Source of the DNA: Patescibacteria group bacterium
Lineage (GTDB): Bacteria; Patescibacteriota; Minisyncoccia; Phycocordibacterales; CSBR16-119
Reading direction: 5' to 3'
DNA: 60,131 nucleotides
Assembly (NCBI GenBank): GCA_030917865.1
Contig: JAUPTX010000003.1
Coordinates: 1-60,131, forward strand
Under the pieces are notes generated by a model. That model saw nothing but the letters and a program-made list of their open reading frames with translations, made no database searches and was not told where the DNA came from. Below are positions 36,708 to 45,830 of this stretch, one piece after another. The stretch's first letter is position 1; each line of letters opens with the position of its first letter. The translations under genes were made by a program, and so were the position numbers.

Positions 36708-37805
36708 TTATCTATTCATTGGCATTATAAGATACTGAAAACTCCTATCTCCGTTGCCTTTTATTATAATTGGCCTATTTGATCCATTTAGATTTATAGA
36801 TATAGAATCTTCGTTTATAGATTGAAAACAATCAAGTAAATATCTTAAGTTTAGGTTTATTTTAACACTTTTTCCAGTAATAGAGCCTTCTAGTCTTGTT
36901 TTATTTTCTCCAACGTCTTTATTTTCAGCGTATATTTCAAAAAGTTTATTTTCTGGCTCTATAATCATTGTTATTTGATTAAATTTATCAGAAAAAACCG
37001 TTGAAAGCCTTAATGCATTTTGAATATCACTCTTTAAAACAATAGCAGTTGTTTCATATTCTTTTGGAATAATTTGTCTGTAGTCTGGAAAAACACCGTC
37101 TATAACCCTAGAAGTTAAATAAAATCCTGGAGCAGTAAAAGATATAAGGTTTTTATTGTAGTAAATTTTAATATCGTCTTTAAAAGAAGATAGTATTTTA
37201 ACTATTTCAACTATATTTTTATAAGGTATTAAAATAGTATCTATTTCAGCTTCTTTTTTGTTTTTTATAGACTTTTCAGCCAACCTAAACGAGTCAGTTG
37301 AGACAAAATATATATTATCTTGATTTGTGTATAAAAACACACTGGAAATTTCTGGTTTAATATCTGACACTGCTGAGCTGTAGAACACAGCCTTAATACC
37401 CTCTATAAGCTCATTAGAAGAGATTTCAAAGCTGGAACCCTCAACTGTCGGTAAAGTAGGAAAATCATCCTTAGAAATTGATTTTAGAGTTACTGAACTA
37501 TTTTTATTTGAAATAATTAAATTATTATCAACTTGCTCAAACTTTATAATCTTTTCAAAACCTAAATTTAAAATAGTATTACTTAAAAAAGATCCTAAAA
37601 TTAAAATCTCACCTTCTTTTTCTATGTTTGCTGGTATTTCAATTTCTATACCTAAACTAAGATTAGTAGCTTTTATTTTTAAAGACTTTCCACTAGCAGT
37701 TAAAAGGACAGAATTAAGAACTTCTAAAGTAGAATTTTTACTAACTACCTTATCTACAGAAGATATTGCGTCTTTTATCTTATCAGCTGAGCATTCTAAT
37801 TTCAT
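36708..37805 (-). CDS. dnaN: DNA polymerase III beta sliding clamp
   Basis: ATNL..GI, STDSFRLA, G.FPDYRQIIP, YLIMPM. Confidence 0.97.
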   Translation of the reverse strand: MKLECSADKIKDAISSVDKVVSKNSTLEVLNSVLLTASGKSLKIKATNLSLGIEIEIPANIEKEGEILILGSFLSNTILNLGFEKIIKFEQVDNNLIISNKNSSVTLKSISKDDFPTLPTVEGSSFEISSNELIEGIKAVFYSSAVSDIKPEISSVFLYTNQDNIYFVSTDSFRLAEKSIKNKKEAEIDTILIPYKNIVEIVKILSSFKDDIKIYYNKNLISFTAPGFYLTSRVIDGVFPDYRQIIPKEYETTAIVLKSDIQNALRLSTVFSDKFNQITMIIEPENKLFEIYAENKDVGENKTRLEGSITGKSVKINLNLRYLLDCFQSINEDSISINLNGSNRPIIIKGNGDRSFQYLIMPMNR

Positions 37806-38061
37806 ATAAATTATATTAGATGTATAAAACTTTCTTTTTAAAATCTATTATTCTTATTAACCCTGTTGATAATGTTGATAAGTTGAATAAATTATTATCT
37901 AACAAATACTTTTTAATAAAACCTGATGTTGATAAGTTGAAGATAATACTGTTTATAAAAATTTTTATTATGTATTTAAAAAAATTTTATTTTTTAAAGA
38001 AAAGTTTTTAACACTTACTTTGTTTAAAACATACACTTTATCAACATACTTATTAACAGAT
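37806..38061. promoter_or_regulatory. oriC sub-region between dnaA and dnaN with DnaA-box variants and an AT-rich tract
   Basis: TGTTGATAA at 37864, 37873, 37927; TTATCAACA at 38038; TTATTAACA at 38050. Confidence 0.75.
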
Positions 38062-39417
38062 TTAATTAAACATTATTCTTATTTGTTCAACTTCTTCGGC
38101 TAATTTCGGATCTTCTTTAAGGTCATTTTTTATTTTTAAGCATGAGTGGATTACTGTCGTATGATCTTTTCCTCCTAGTTTTTGTCCTATAAGAGGATAA
38201 GAGACGTTAAAGTCTTCTCTTAATATATACATTATAACTTGTCTTGCCTTAACTATTTCTTTCCTTCTTGTTTTTTCATAAATATTATCTTCTGCTATGT
38301 CATAGAAATCACTTATAGTCTTTACTATATTTTGAACAGATATGTTTTTCTTTGGTTTTATGTTGTTTTTTATCAGTTTTTTAACTTCTATTAAAGATAA
38401 ATCTCGTTTTTTAAACTGAATTTGGCAAATTATTGTGTTTAGTGTTCCTTCAAGTTCTCGGATACTTCCACTCATTGATGTTGCTATATAATCAGTAATT
38501 TCATCAGAAAGATCTATGCCGTTTTCTTCTAATTTTGACTTCATTATTGCTATTTTAGACTCCGTATCTGGTTCATTTATGTCTACAATCATCCCAGAAC
38601 CAAATCTAGATCTTAGACGATCTTCAAGTCCTGGTATGTAGTTAGGGTGTTTATCTGATGAAAAAACAATCTGTTTATTGTTTTCATAAAGACTGTTAAA
38701 TAAGTGGAAAAGTTCTTCTTGAGTCTTTTCTTTATTAGAAATAAACTGAACGTCGTCCATTATTAAAACGTCATATTGTCGATATTTTTGTTTGAATTCG
38801 TTAGGTTTATTGTTTCTTAGGGCGTTAACATAGTCTATTGCAAACTTTTCTAGAGGAATATAGTGAATATTTTTTCCAGGAAACCTTTCTTTTACAGCGT
38901 TACCTATAGCTTGAATTAAGTGAGTTTTACCAAGACCTGTTGGACCGTATATAAAGAAAGGATTATATGATTTACCTGGGTTTTTAATGATTGCTTGTGC
39001 TGCTGCATAGGCAAGTTCATTAAAAGACCCTACTATAAATGTATCAAAAACATATCTAGGATTAAGATTATCTCTTTTATCTATATAAAGATTATTTAAA
39101 GGCAGTTCGTTGTTGATTATTATGTTGTTTTGAATATTACCCGCCTCACCTTCTTTTTTATTTGGGTTGTGTTTATAGATGCTAAACTCAACATTTCTCA
39201 CACCTTGAGTGTAATTCATTAATGTTTTTAAAATAAGCTTATCGTATTTGTTTTTTAGCCAGTCTTTTACGAATTCGTTTGGAACACCAACATAAGCAGT
39301 ACCGTTTTCTTGCTTTGTTAATCTGGTGTTTTTGAACCAGGTAACAAAGTTAGCTCTAGATAAGTTATTTTCTATTTCATTTAAACAACTATCCCAGATT
39401 TGCTTGTTATCAATCAT
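38062..39417 (-). CDS. dnaA: Chromosomal replication initiator DnaA
   Basis: LNPRYVFDTF, YGPTGLGKTHL, DDVQF, QEELFHLFN, GGKDHTTV. Confidence 0.99.
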   Translation of the reverse strand: MIDNKQIWDSCLNEIENNLSRANFVTWFKNTRLTKQENGTAYVGVPNEFVKDWLKNKYDKLILKTLMNYTQGVRNVEFSIYKHNPNKKEGEAGNIQNNIIINNELPLNNLYIDKRDNLNPRYVFDTFIVGSFNELAYAAAQAIIKNPGKSYNPFFIYGPTGLGKTHLIQAIGNAVKERFPGKNIHYIPLEKFAIDYVNALRNNKPNEFKQKYRQYDVLIMDDVQFISNKEKTQEELFHLFNSLYENNKQIVFSSDKHPNYIPGLEDRLRSRFGSGMIVDINEPDTESKIAIMKSKLEENGIDLSDEITDYIATSMSGSIRELEGTLNTIICQIQFKKRDLSLIEVKKLIKNNIKPKKNISVQNIVKTISDFYDIAEDNIYEKTRRKEIVKARQVIMYILREDFNVSYPLIGQKLGGKDHTTVIHSCLKIKNDLKEDPKLAEEVEQIRIMFN

Positions 39418-39604
39418 GGTTTTTAAGCTAAAAATAATTAAAGTGTTCTCATTATAAACTTTTTATTAAACGAAAACTTTTTAACAAAAATGTTTATAAC
39501 CTGTGGATAACCTTAATTATATAAAATCACAAAACAATTTAAAAATTTTTATAAAGTAATAACCATTGATTTATTTTTCTGTCTAGTATATACTCATACC
39601 ACTT
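39418..39604. promoter_or_regulatory. oriC sub-region / divergent dnaA-rpmH promoter with DnaA boxes
   Basis: Perfect TGTGGATAA at 39502-39510; variant TGTTTATAA at 39491. Confidence 0.7.
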
Positions 39605-39751
39605 ATGTCATTTACATATAAACCTAAAAAGAAAAAAAGAGCTCGAACCCATGGTTTCTTGGCTAGAACGTCAACAACAAGTGGTAAGAAGGTTTTGACT
39701 AATCGCCGAAGAAAAGGACGAGCTAAATTGACTGTTTCTAAGTCTAGATAA
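39605..39751 (+). CDS. rpmH: 50S ribosomal protein L34 (not in the ORF track)
   Basis: [38 protein letters not shown]. Confidence 0.96.
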   Translation: MSFTYKPKKKKRARTHGFLARTSTTSGKKVLTNRRRKGRAKLTVSKSR

Positions 39752-39761
39752 TAAAAAGCTT

Positions 39762-40100
39762 ATGATTCCTAAGAAAAATAGGATATCAAAGGATTTATTT
39801 GAAAAAATAACCAAAAACGGGAAAGGCCTATCTTCCCCGTTTTTGTCTGTTAAATATTTAAAAAATGATGAAAATAAAAGCTTTTTTGCGACAGTTGTAT
39901 CAAAAAAAGTCTCAAAAATATCCCCAAAAAGGAATTTGATTAAACGAAGGGTTAATTCTGTTGTAAATAGTAATAAAAACCATATAAAACAAGGTTTTTT
40001 CCTGGTTTTTTATATAAAACCAGGCGCCTTAAATCAAAGTTTTGATCAAATAAAGCAAGAAACTCTTGATTTGCTTAAAAAATCTGGCCTTTTGTTATAA
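39762..40100 (+). CDS. rnpA: Ribonuclease P protein component
   Basis: VVSKKVSK..PKRNLIKRR; canonical position after rpmH. Confidence 0.9.
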   Translation: MIPKKNRISKDLFEKITKNGKGLSSPFLSVKYLKNDENKSFFATVVSKKVSKISPKRNLIKRRVNSVVNSNKNHIKQGFFLVFYIKPGALNQSFDQIKQETLDLLKKSGLLL

Positions 40101-40107
40101 TTAAACG

Positions 40108-40338
40108 ATGAAATATTTATTTATAATCCTTATCTGGCTTTATCAAAAGCTAATATCTCCTATTTTCTATATCTTAGGTGTTAGGTGTCGTTTTTACCCA
40201 ACGTGTTCACACTATTCTATGGAAGCCTTCAAAAAACATGGATTTTTCAAGGGTTTCTGTCTTTCTGTTAGCAGAGTCTCTCGTTGTCACCCATGGGGTG
40301 GTTCTGGAATTGATAATGTTCCAGAAAAAAAGCCTTAA
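40108..40338 (+). CDS. yidD: Membrane protein insertion efficiency factor
   Basis: [23 protein letters not shown]. Confidence 0.95.
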   Translation: MKYLFIILIWLYQKLISPIFYILGVRCRFYPTCSHYSMEAFKKHGFFKGFCLSVSRVSRCHPWGGSGIDNVPEKKP

Positions 40339-40375
40339 TTTTGTATTTTGGCTACTTTTACGCTAAAATCAAAGA

Positions 40376-41116
40376 ATGTTTAATACAATTTTTTACGAAC
40401 CAATCTATAACGCATTAATATTTATTTTAAATGTTATTCCTGGCGGAGATGTTGGTTTAGCTATTATATTACTTACAATTATTATTAAATTTATCCTTCT
40501 TCCTCTTCACCAAAAGGCTATCGTTAGTCAGATTAAACTTAAGCAATTAGAGCCAAAAATTAACGAAATCAAAGAAAAATATACAGACAAGCAAGAACAA
40601 GCAACAAAAACATTTGAGCTTTATAAACAAGAGAAAATAAACCCTCTATCTGGATGCTTGCCTATTTTAATCCAGCTTCCTATTATTTTTGCCCTGTATA
40701 AAGTATTTTTAGATGGATTTTCGTTTGAAAATGTTGATTCTATATATAAATTTATCAACATACCAGAATCTTTAAATAATAATTTCTTAGGTCTATTTGA
40801 TTTGTCTGCAAAAAGTATTTTCTTGGCTGTTTTAGCGGGAGTCACTCAGTTCTTCCAAATAGATCTAGCTGTTAAAAGAAACCCTGTTCAAAAGAACGAC
40901 AGCTCTATGCAAGCAAACATTGCTGGAATGATGAATAAACAAATGCGATTTGTTATGCCGATTGTTGTTGGTTTTATTTCATATCAAATATCAGGCGCTA
41001 TTGCTCTCTACTGGTCTGTAAACAATATATTCACAACAATTCAAGAAGTTATTATTAATAAAAAAATGTCTAAAGCCAAAGAAAACAATGCAATAGACGC
41101 TGAAATTGTTAAATAA
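40376..41116 (+). CDS. yidC: Membrane protein insertase YidC/Oxa1
   Basis: GLAIILLTIIIK..LLPL, NPLSGCLPILIQLPI, ALYW..NN. Confidence 0.95.
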   Translation: MFNTIFYEPIYNALIFILNVIPGGDVGLAIILLTIIIKFILLPLHQKAIVSQIKLKQLEPKINEIKEKYTDKQEQATKTFELYKQEKINPLSGCLPILIQLPIIFALYKVFLDGFSFENVDSIYKFINIPESLNNNFLGLFDLSAKSIFLAVLAGVTQFFQIDLAVKRNPVQKNDSSMQANIAGMMNKQMRFVMPIVVGFISYQISGAIALYWSVNNIFTTIQEVIINKKMSKAKENNAIDAEIVK

Positions 41117-41123
41117 TAATCAT

Positions 41124-41582
41124 ATGGAAACAGAAATAAAGAAAATTATAGAAGAATTTTTAAACAAAGCGGGATTTAGCTTTAAAAATGTTTCCAGTGA
41201 TGTAGATATGAACAATGGAACGATTGTTTTTTCTATAGAAAGCGACGACTCTAGACACCTTATTGGTAAAAATGGAGAAAATCTTTTTAACATAAGCTAT
41301 ATAATAAAAAGAATTTTAGATAAAAGATTTCCAGACGGTTTCCCTAAAATAAGTATAGATGTAAACAACTACAATAAAACAAGAATAGAAAAAATAAAAA
41401 CAATAGCTCATATGATGGCAGAAAGAGCTAGGTTTTTCAAAAGCAAGGTTTCTCTTGATCCAATGAATTCTTTTGAAAGAATGGTTGTTCATGAATATGT
41501 TGCGAATCACCCAGATTTAAAATCGGAATCAGAGGGTTTTGGCCCAACAAGACACGTAACAATATCCCACGTTAAAGAATAA
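41124..41582 (+). CDS. jag: Jag/KhpB-like KH-R3H RNA-binding protein (no Jag_N domain)
   Basis: LIGKNGENL (KH), MNSFERMVVH (R3H), SEG.GPTRHV. Confidence 0.85.
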   Translation: METEIKKIIEEFLNKAGFSFKNVSSDVDMNNGTIVFSIESDDSRHLIGKNGENLFNISYIIKRILDKRFPDGFPKISIDVNNYNKTRIEKIKTIAHMMAERARFFKSKVSLDPMNSFERMVVHEYVANHPDLKSESEGFGPTRHVTISHVKE

Positions 41583-41777
41583 CCCCAAAAGGGTTATTTT
41601 ATTAGACAAAGGGCTCTTTTTTCTGGTATAGTAAAAATATCGATTAATAATTAAAGAAAATCGCTTAGAATCCGACACAATACTGATTTCCCTTATGTTT
41701 TATATAAATAATATAAAAAATACTTCTCGAGATAAAAACATTCACTGTTTTGGGTTTTACTGCGATTAAAATCGCTT

Positions 41778-43304
41778 ATGAATACATTAAGTATAATAAT
41801 ATCTGCTGTTGCCCTGCTTATCGGTGGCGCCGTGGGTTATTTTTTGCGTATAGCAATATCTTTAGGGCAAAAAGGTGGTGTTGAGCTCGAGATTAAGCAA
41901 AAAATGATCGAAGCCAAAGAAGAAGCACAGAAAATTATTTCTGAGGCAAATGAAAAGGCAGAAGAAAGATTGAAAGAGTTAGAAGATGAAGAAAAAAGAA
42001 AAGAAGAAGAATTAAGAAGAAATGAAGAACGTTTAAACAAAAAAGACGACGTTTTGCTTAAAAAAGAAGAAGAATTAACAAAAGAAACTGAAAAAATAAA
42101 GCAAAAAATAGAAGAAGTTCAGAAAATCAAAGAAGAAATCGAAAAGAAAAAAGCAGACCAAGAACAAAAACTAGAACAAATAGCAAATCTTTCTAAGGAC
42201 GAAGCAAAAGAAGTCCTAATAAAACAAATAGAAGAAAAATATGAAGAAGATTTTCTAATAAGAATGCAGAAGTTAGAAAATACTGCAACGGAAAAGCTTG
42301 AAAGACGAGCAAAAGACATATTGTCTACGGCAGTACAAAGAATCGCTAATACAGGAGTTTCTGAAATGATGGCAACAACGGTTAATATTCCTTCAGATGA
42401 TATAAAAGGTAAGATTATCGGAAAAGAAGGCCGGAATATCAAAGCTTTTGAACGAGCTGCGGGCGTTGAGGTTATTGTTGATGATACGCCAGGTTCTATA
42501 ATTATTTCCTCTTTTGACCCAGTTAGAAGACAAGTTGCAAGAGTTGCGTTAGAAAATTTAATAATCGACGGACGAATTCAGCCAGCAAAAATAGAAGAAA
42601 TGATTCAAAAGGCGCAAGAGGATATAAACAAAATAATCAAACAAAAAGGTGAAGAGGCTGTATATGAATGTGGAATCTTTAATTTGGACCCTAGAGTTGT
42701 AGCAATACTTGGAAGGCTGCACTTTAGAACAAGTTACGGACAAAACGTTCTTTCTCACTCTGTGGAAATGGCACATATTGCCGGAATACTTGCAGAAGAG
42801 CTTGGCGCCGACGTTGCTGTGGCTAAAGCAGGTGCACTAGTACACGATATTGGAAAAGCGTTAACTCACGAAGTTCAGGGTACTCACGTAGAAATAGGTA
42901 TCAGAATACTTCAAAAATTTGGAACAGATCAGAGGATTATAGACGCTATGAAGTCTCACCACGACGAGTTCCCTTACGAAACAATAGAGGCGCACATCGT
43001 TCAAACAGCCGACGCTATATCTGGAGGTAGACCCGGAGCACGAAGCGATACTGCAGAAAATTACATTAAAAGATTAACAGAGCTTGAATCTTTAGTTACA
43101 TCTTTTGATGGAATTGATAAAGCATATGCGATTGCTGCAGGTCGCGAGGTTCGAGTTTTTGTTAATCCAGAAAACATCTCAGACATAAGATCAAAAGAGC
43201 TTTGTAGAGAAATTGCTCAAAAAATAGAAAACGAACTTAAATATCCAGGCGAAATAAAGGTGGTTGTTATAAGAGAAAACAGGATAATTGATTTCGCTAG
43301 ATAA
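41778..43304 (+). CDS. rny: Ribonuclease Y
   Basis: N-terminal TM and coiled coil, KGKIIGKEGRNI, RTSYGQNVL.HS, HDIGKA. Confidence 0.97.
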   Translation: MNTLSIIISAVALLIGGAVGYFLRIAISLGQKGGVELEIKQKMIEAKEEAQKIISEANEKAEERLKELEDEEKRKEEELRRNEERLNKKDDVLLKKEEELTKETEKIKQKIEEVQKIKEEIEKKKADQEQKLEQIANLSKDEAKEVLIKQIEEKYEEDFLIRMQKLENTATEKLERRAKDILSTAVQRIANTGVSEMMATTVNIPSDDIKGKIIGKEGRNIKAFERAAGVEVIVDDTPGSIIISSFDPVRRQVARVALENLIIDGRIQPAKIEEMIQKAQEDINKIIKQKGEEAVYECGIFNLDPRVVAILGRLHFRTSYGQNVLSHSVEMAHIAGILAEELGADVAVAKAGALVHDIGKALTHEVQGTHVEIGIRILQKFGTDQRIIDAMKSHHDEFPYETIEAHIVQTADAISGGRPGARSDTAENYIKRLTELESLVTSFDGIDKAYAIAAGREVRVFVNPENISDIRSKELCREIAQKIENELKYPGEIKVVVIRENRIIDFAR

Positions 43305-43511
43305 GCTTATAAAATAAAGGTTTTTAGAGAAAATGTAGTTTTGAAACTACATTTTCTTTATTTTAGCCTTTATTTAAAAGGCTGGTTATCCCCTGTTATA
43401 AAAATACATAAGTATTGCAAGGTTTTTTACGGTTTTGTATAATAGACTTAGGCTTTTGTCACCGCTTATGGCGGTTATAAATAATTATAAATTTAAGTAA
43501 TATTTTAAAAT

Positions 43512-43784
43512 ATGAATAAAGCATCACTTGTTGAAAAAGTGCATGAAATGCTAGGAGGAACAAAAACTCAAGCAGAGCAAGTAGTTGACGGTATTTTCGA
43601 CACTATCACTAAAGCCCTTAAAAAAGGAGACGAAGTATCAATCTCAGGATTCGGTATCTTCTCAGCAAAGCTTAGAGCAGCTAGAACAGCAAGAAATCCA
43701 AGAACTGGAGAAACTGTGAAAGTTGCAGCTCAAAAAGTTCCAAAATTCCGAGCAGCAAAAGCTCTTAAAGATGCTGTAAAATAA
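43512..43784 (+). CDS. hup: DNA-binding protein HU
   Basis: MNK..LV, GFGIF, ARNPRTGE, PKFRAAKALK. Confidence 0.96.
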   Translation: MNKASLVEKVHEMLGGTKTQAEQVVDGIFDTITKALKKGDEVSISGFGIFSAKLRAARTARNPRTGETVKVAAQKVPKFRAAKALKDAVK

Positions 43785-43876
43785 TCTTTTCGAAAAGGTT
43801 AACTTATAAGAAAAACCCGGCGTGTGCCGGGTTTTTCTTATATATCGCTTGTTTATATAGACTTCCCTCTCTGGTA

Positions 43877-43920
43877 AAAACAAATGTCCTAAACGTTAGC
43901 ACGTTTAGGACATTTGTTTT
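43877..43920. terminator. Perfect 20-bp inverted repeat downstream of tRNA-Gly(TCC)
   Basis: aaaacaaatgtcctaaacgt-tagc-acgtttaggacatttgtttt. Confidence 0.6.
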
Positions 43921-43923
43921 TTG

Positions 43924-43994
43924 TGCGGGTAGGGAGAATCGAACTCCCGTCTTCTGCTTGGAAGGCAGACATTCTACCACTAAACCATACCCGC
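43924..43994 (-). tRNA. tRNA-Gly(TCC)
   Basis: Cloverleaf; loop CT-TCC-AA. Confidence 0.94.
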
Positions 43995-44054
43995 ATGTTT
44001 TTAAAGGATATCAAATATTTTAAATATTCTCAATCTTTTATATCCTTGGCCCTA

Positions 44055-44083
44055 GTGCCAGGGATTCGAACCCGGAGTCGCTC
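44055..44083 (-). repeat. Near-identical copy of the tRNA-Pro variable loop/T-arm/acceptor 3' segment
   Basis: gtgccagggattcgaacccggagtcgctc vs gtgccgggattcgaacccggagtcgctc at 44145-44172. Confidence 0.85.
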
Positions 44084-44139
44084 CCCTTTGGTCCAGGAAA
44101 TCAAAAGATTTCCGAAAATAAGTTTCGTTATGTTCAAAG

Positions 44140-44212
44140 TCGGGGTGCCGGGATTCGAACCCGGAGTCGCTCGTACCCAAAACGAGAATGTTAGCCGTTA
44201 CACCACACCCCG
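44140..44212 (-). tRNA. tRNA-Pro(TGG)
   Basis: Cloverleaf; CTCGT-TTTGGGT-ACGAG; C1 start. Confidence 0.94.
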
Positions 44213-44374
44213 ACTTTGCTCATAACTTATAAAAACTTATTTTCCCCACAAGAGATTTTGGCCATTAGACCGTGCTCTGTGTGGTAACAAAAGCTATATT
44301 AGCATACTTTTTGTTTAAAACAATATAAAGAAAAAAGGCGCTATCTGCGCCCTAGTTCTGTTTGGCCGTATTGC

Positions 44375-44617
44375 TTAGAATTTCTTAAGCTCTTTATTCA
44401 TCCTACTTCTATTTATCATAATAGAGTAATCTAACTCTTCCCCGGCAAGATCACACATTTTCCTGTAAAGAGCGGCTAAAATTTCAATGACATACTCATT
44501 GGCAGACTCTCCATAATGAGCAATAAGAAAATCGTAGATATTATTAAAGTTCGAAGGAGCTACTTCTTTTTGAAGCTTTTTCGCTCGGTAATCCAGGATT
44601 GAAACTATTCTGGCCAT
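44375..44617 (-). CDS. Hypothetical protein
   Basis: 80 aa, ATG start; MARIVSILDYRAKK 'coiled-hook'-like N-terminus; a parS site lies in its leader. Confidence 0.55.
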   Translation of the reverse strand: MARIVSILDYRAKKLQKEVAPSNFNNIYDFLIAHYGESANEYVIEILAALYRKMCDLAGEELDYSIMINRSRMNKELKKF

Positions 44618-44623
44618 GTTTTG

Positions 44624-45179
44624 TGTTTCATGTGGAACATTCCAACAAGATTTTATTATAAATATTATTTATGTCAAACAATAATATTCTCTAATATCTC
44701 TACTTTCCCCTGTTTTGTCTTTAAATCAATATAAACACAGGCTAGATCTATTTGCCAAGAAGTTTCAGGTGAAACGTGTTTCTCAGACAAATAAATATCT
44801 ATTGTTTTGGCTATTTTTAAGAATTTATTAAAACTAAGGTTTTCTTCTGGTCTGTATAAGTTATTTGTTACATGTGTAACATTTCCATCGTTCTCCACCC
44901 TATTTATTTCACATGAAACACTTTTTACCTCTATAAAGTGTAGATTGTTGCCTTTTTGAGCAATTATATCTATTTCACCACCCTGTTTAGTGTAGTTGCT
45001 TTCTATTATTTTAAAACCCAAACCTAAAAGCTTTTTACGGGCAAGTTTCTCGCCTATCTCACCAACTCTTTGGGTTTTTGAGGTAAATTTCTTCATAATG
45101 GTTCATATGAAACTTATTTATGAATAAATTATATATTGTTTCAGATGAAACGTTCACAAAATACGTTTCACGTGAAACA
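44624..45179. promoter_or_regulatory. parS cluster (six ParB-binding-site-like palindromes)
   Basis: TGTTTCATGTGGAACA 44624, AGTTTCAGGTGAAACG 44761, TGTTACATGTGTAACA 44866, TATTTCACATGAAACA 44905, TGTTTCAGATGAAACG 45137, CGTTTCACGTGAAACA 45164; consensus TGTTTCACGTGAAACA. Confidence 0.85.
44674..45096 (-). CDS. yraN: YraN family (UPF0102) endonuclease-like protein
   Basis: G.IGEKLA...L...GFKIIESNY...GEIDIIA, FIEVKS. Confidence 0.9.
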   Translation of the reverse strand: MKKFTSKTQRVGEIGEKLARKKLLGLGFKIIESNYTKQGGEIDIIAQKGNNLHFIEVKSVSCEINRVENDGNVTHVTNNLYRPEENLSFNKFLKIAKTIDIYLSEKHVSPETSWQIDLACVYIDLKTKQGKVEILENIIV

Positions 45180-45475
45180 TACATAGTCTTTTAATTTATA
45201 TGCATTCAAAAAACCTTATTTTACAACGTTTTTGTTTAAAAAGGGTTTAAAAAAGATTCAAAAAATACGCAAAAAGACAAAAGTTACCAACAATACTAAC
45301 AGGGTTATCCACATATGTTTGTTTATAAACCCTTATTTTTTAACAAATTAATTTCTTAAAATAAGAGACAAAAATTAAAAAAGAATAAGTGTCCTTTATA
45401 AAAGACATATAAAATGATTGTCTTTTATTAAACATTAAAGCTCGGTCTTTTAGAAGACCGAGCTTTAATTTTTTG

Positions 45476-45546
45476 TGCGGCTAGGGAGAATCGAACTCCC
45501 GACTCATCCTTGGCAAGGACGTATTTTACCACTAAACCATAGCCGC
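45476..45546 (-). tRNA. tRNA-Gly(GCC)
   Basis: Cloverleaf; loop TT-GCC-AA. Confidence 0.94.
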
Positions 45547-45675
45547 AAGTGAGAAGTAAAATAAGAATATCACATGTTCTTATTTTCTTCGAATGTCGCG
45601 GCTATACAAGGTTTACGCTTTTATAGCCGCAAATTAATATTTATAAAAACAATAATATCAAAAAATTGTTTTTTG

Positions 45676-45747
45676 TGCACCCGGAGGGACTCGAACCCCC
45701 AATAACGGTTCCGAAGACCGTTGTGATATCCATTTCACCACGGGTGC
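45676..45747 (-). tRNA. tRNA-Arg(TCG)
   Basis: Cloverleaf; ACGGT-CTTCGGA-ACCGT. Confidence 0.93.
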
Positions 45748-45830
45748 TTGGTTTTGTCATTATACACGAAACTTTTCAAAAATAAAGGAATAAATAGCTT
45801 TAATTTAAATATTGATATAATATTATTGTT

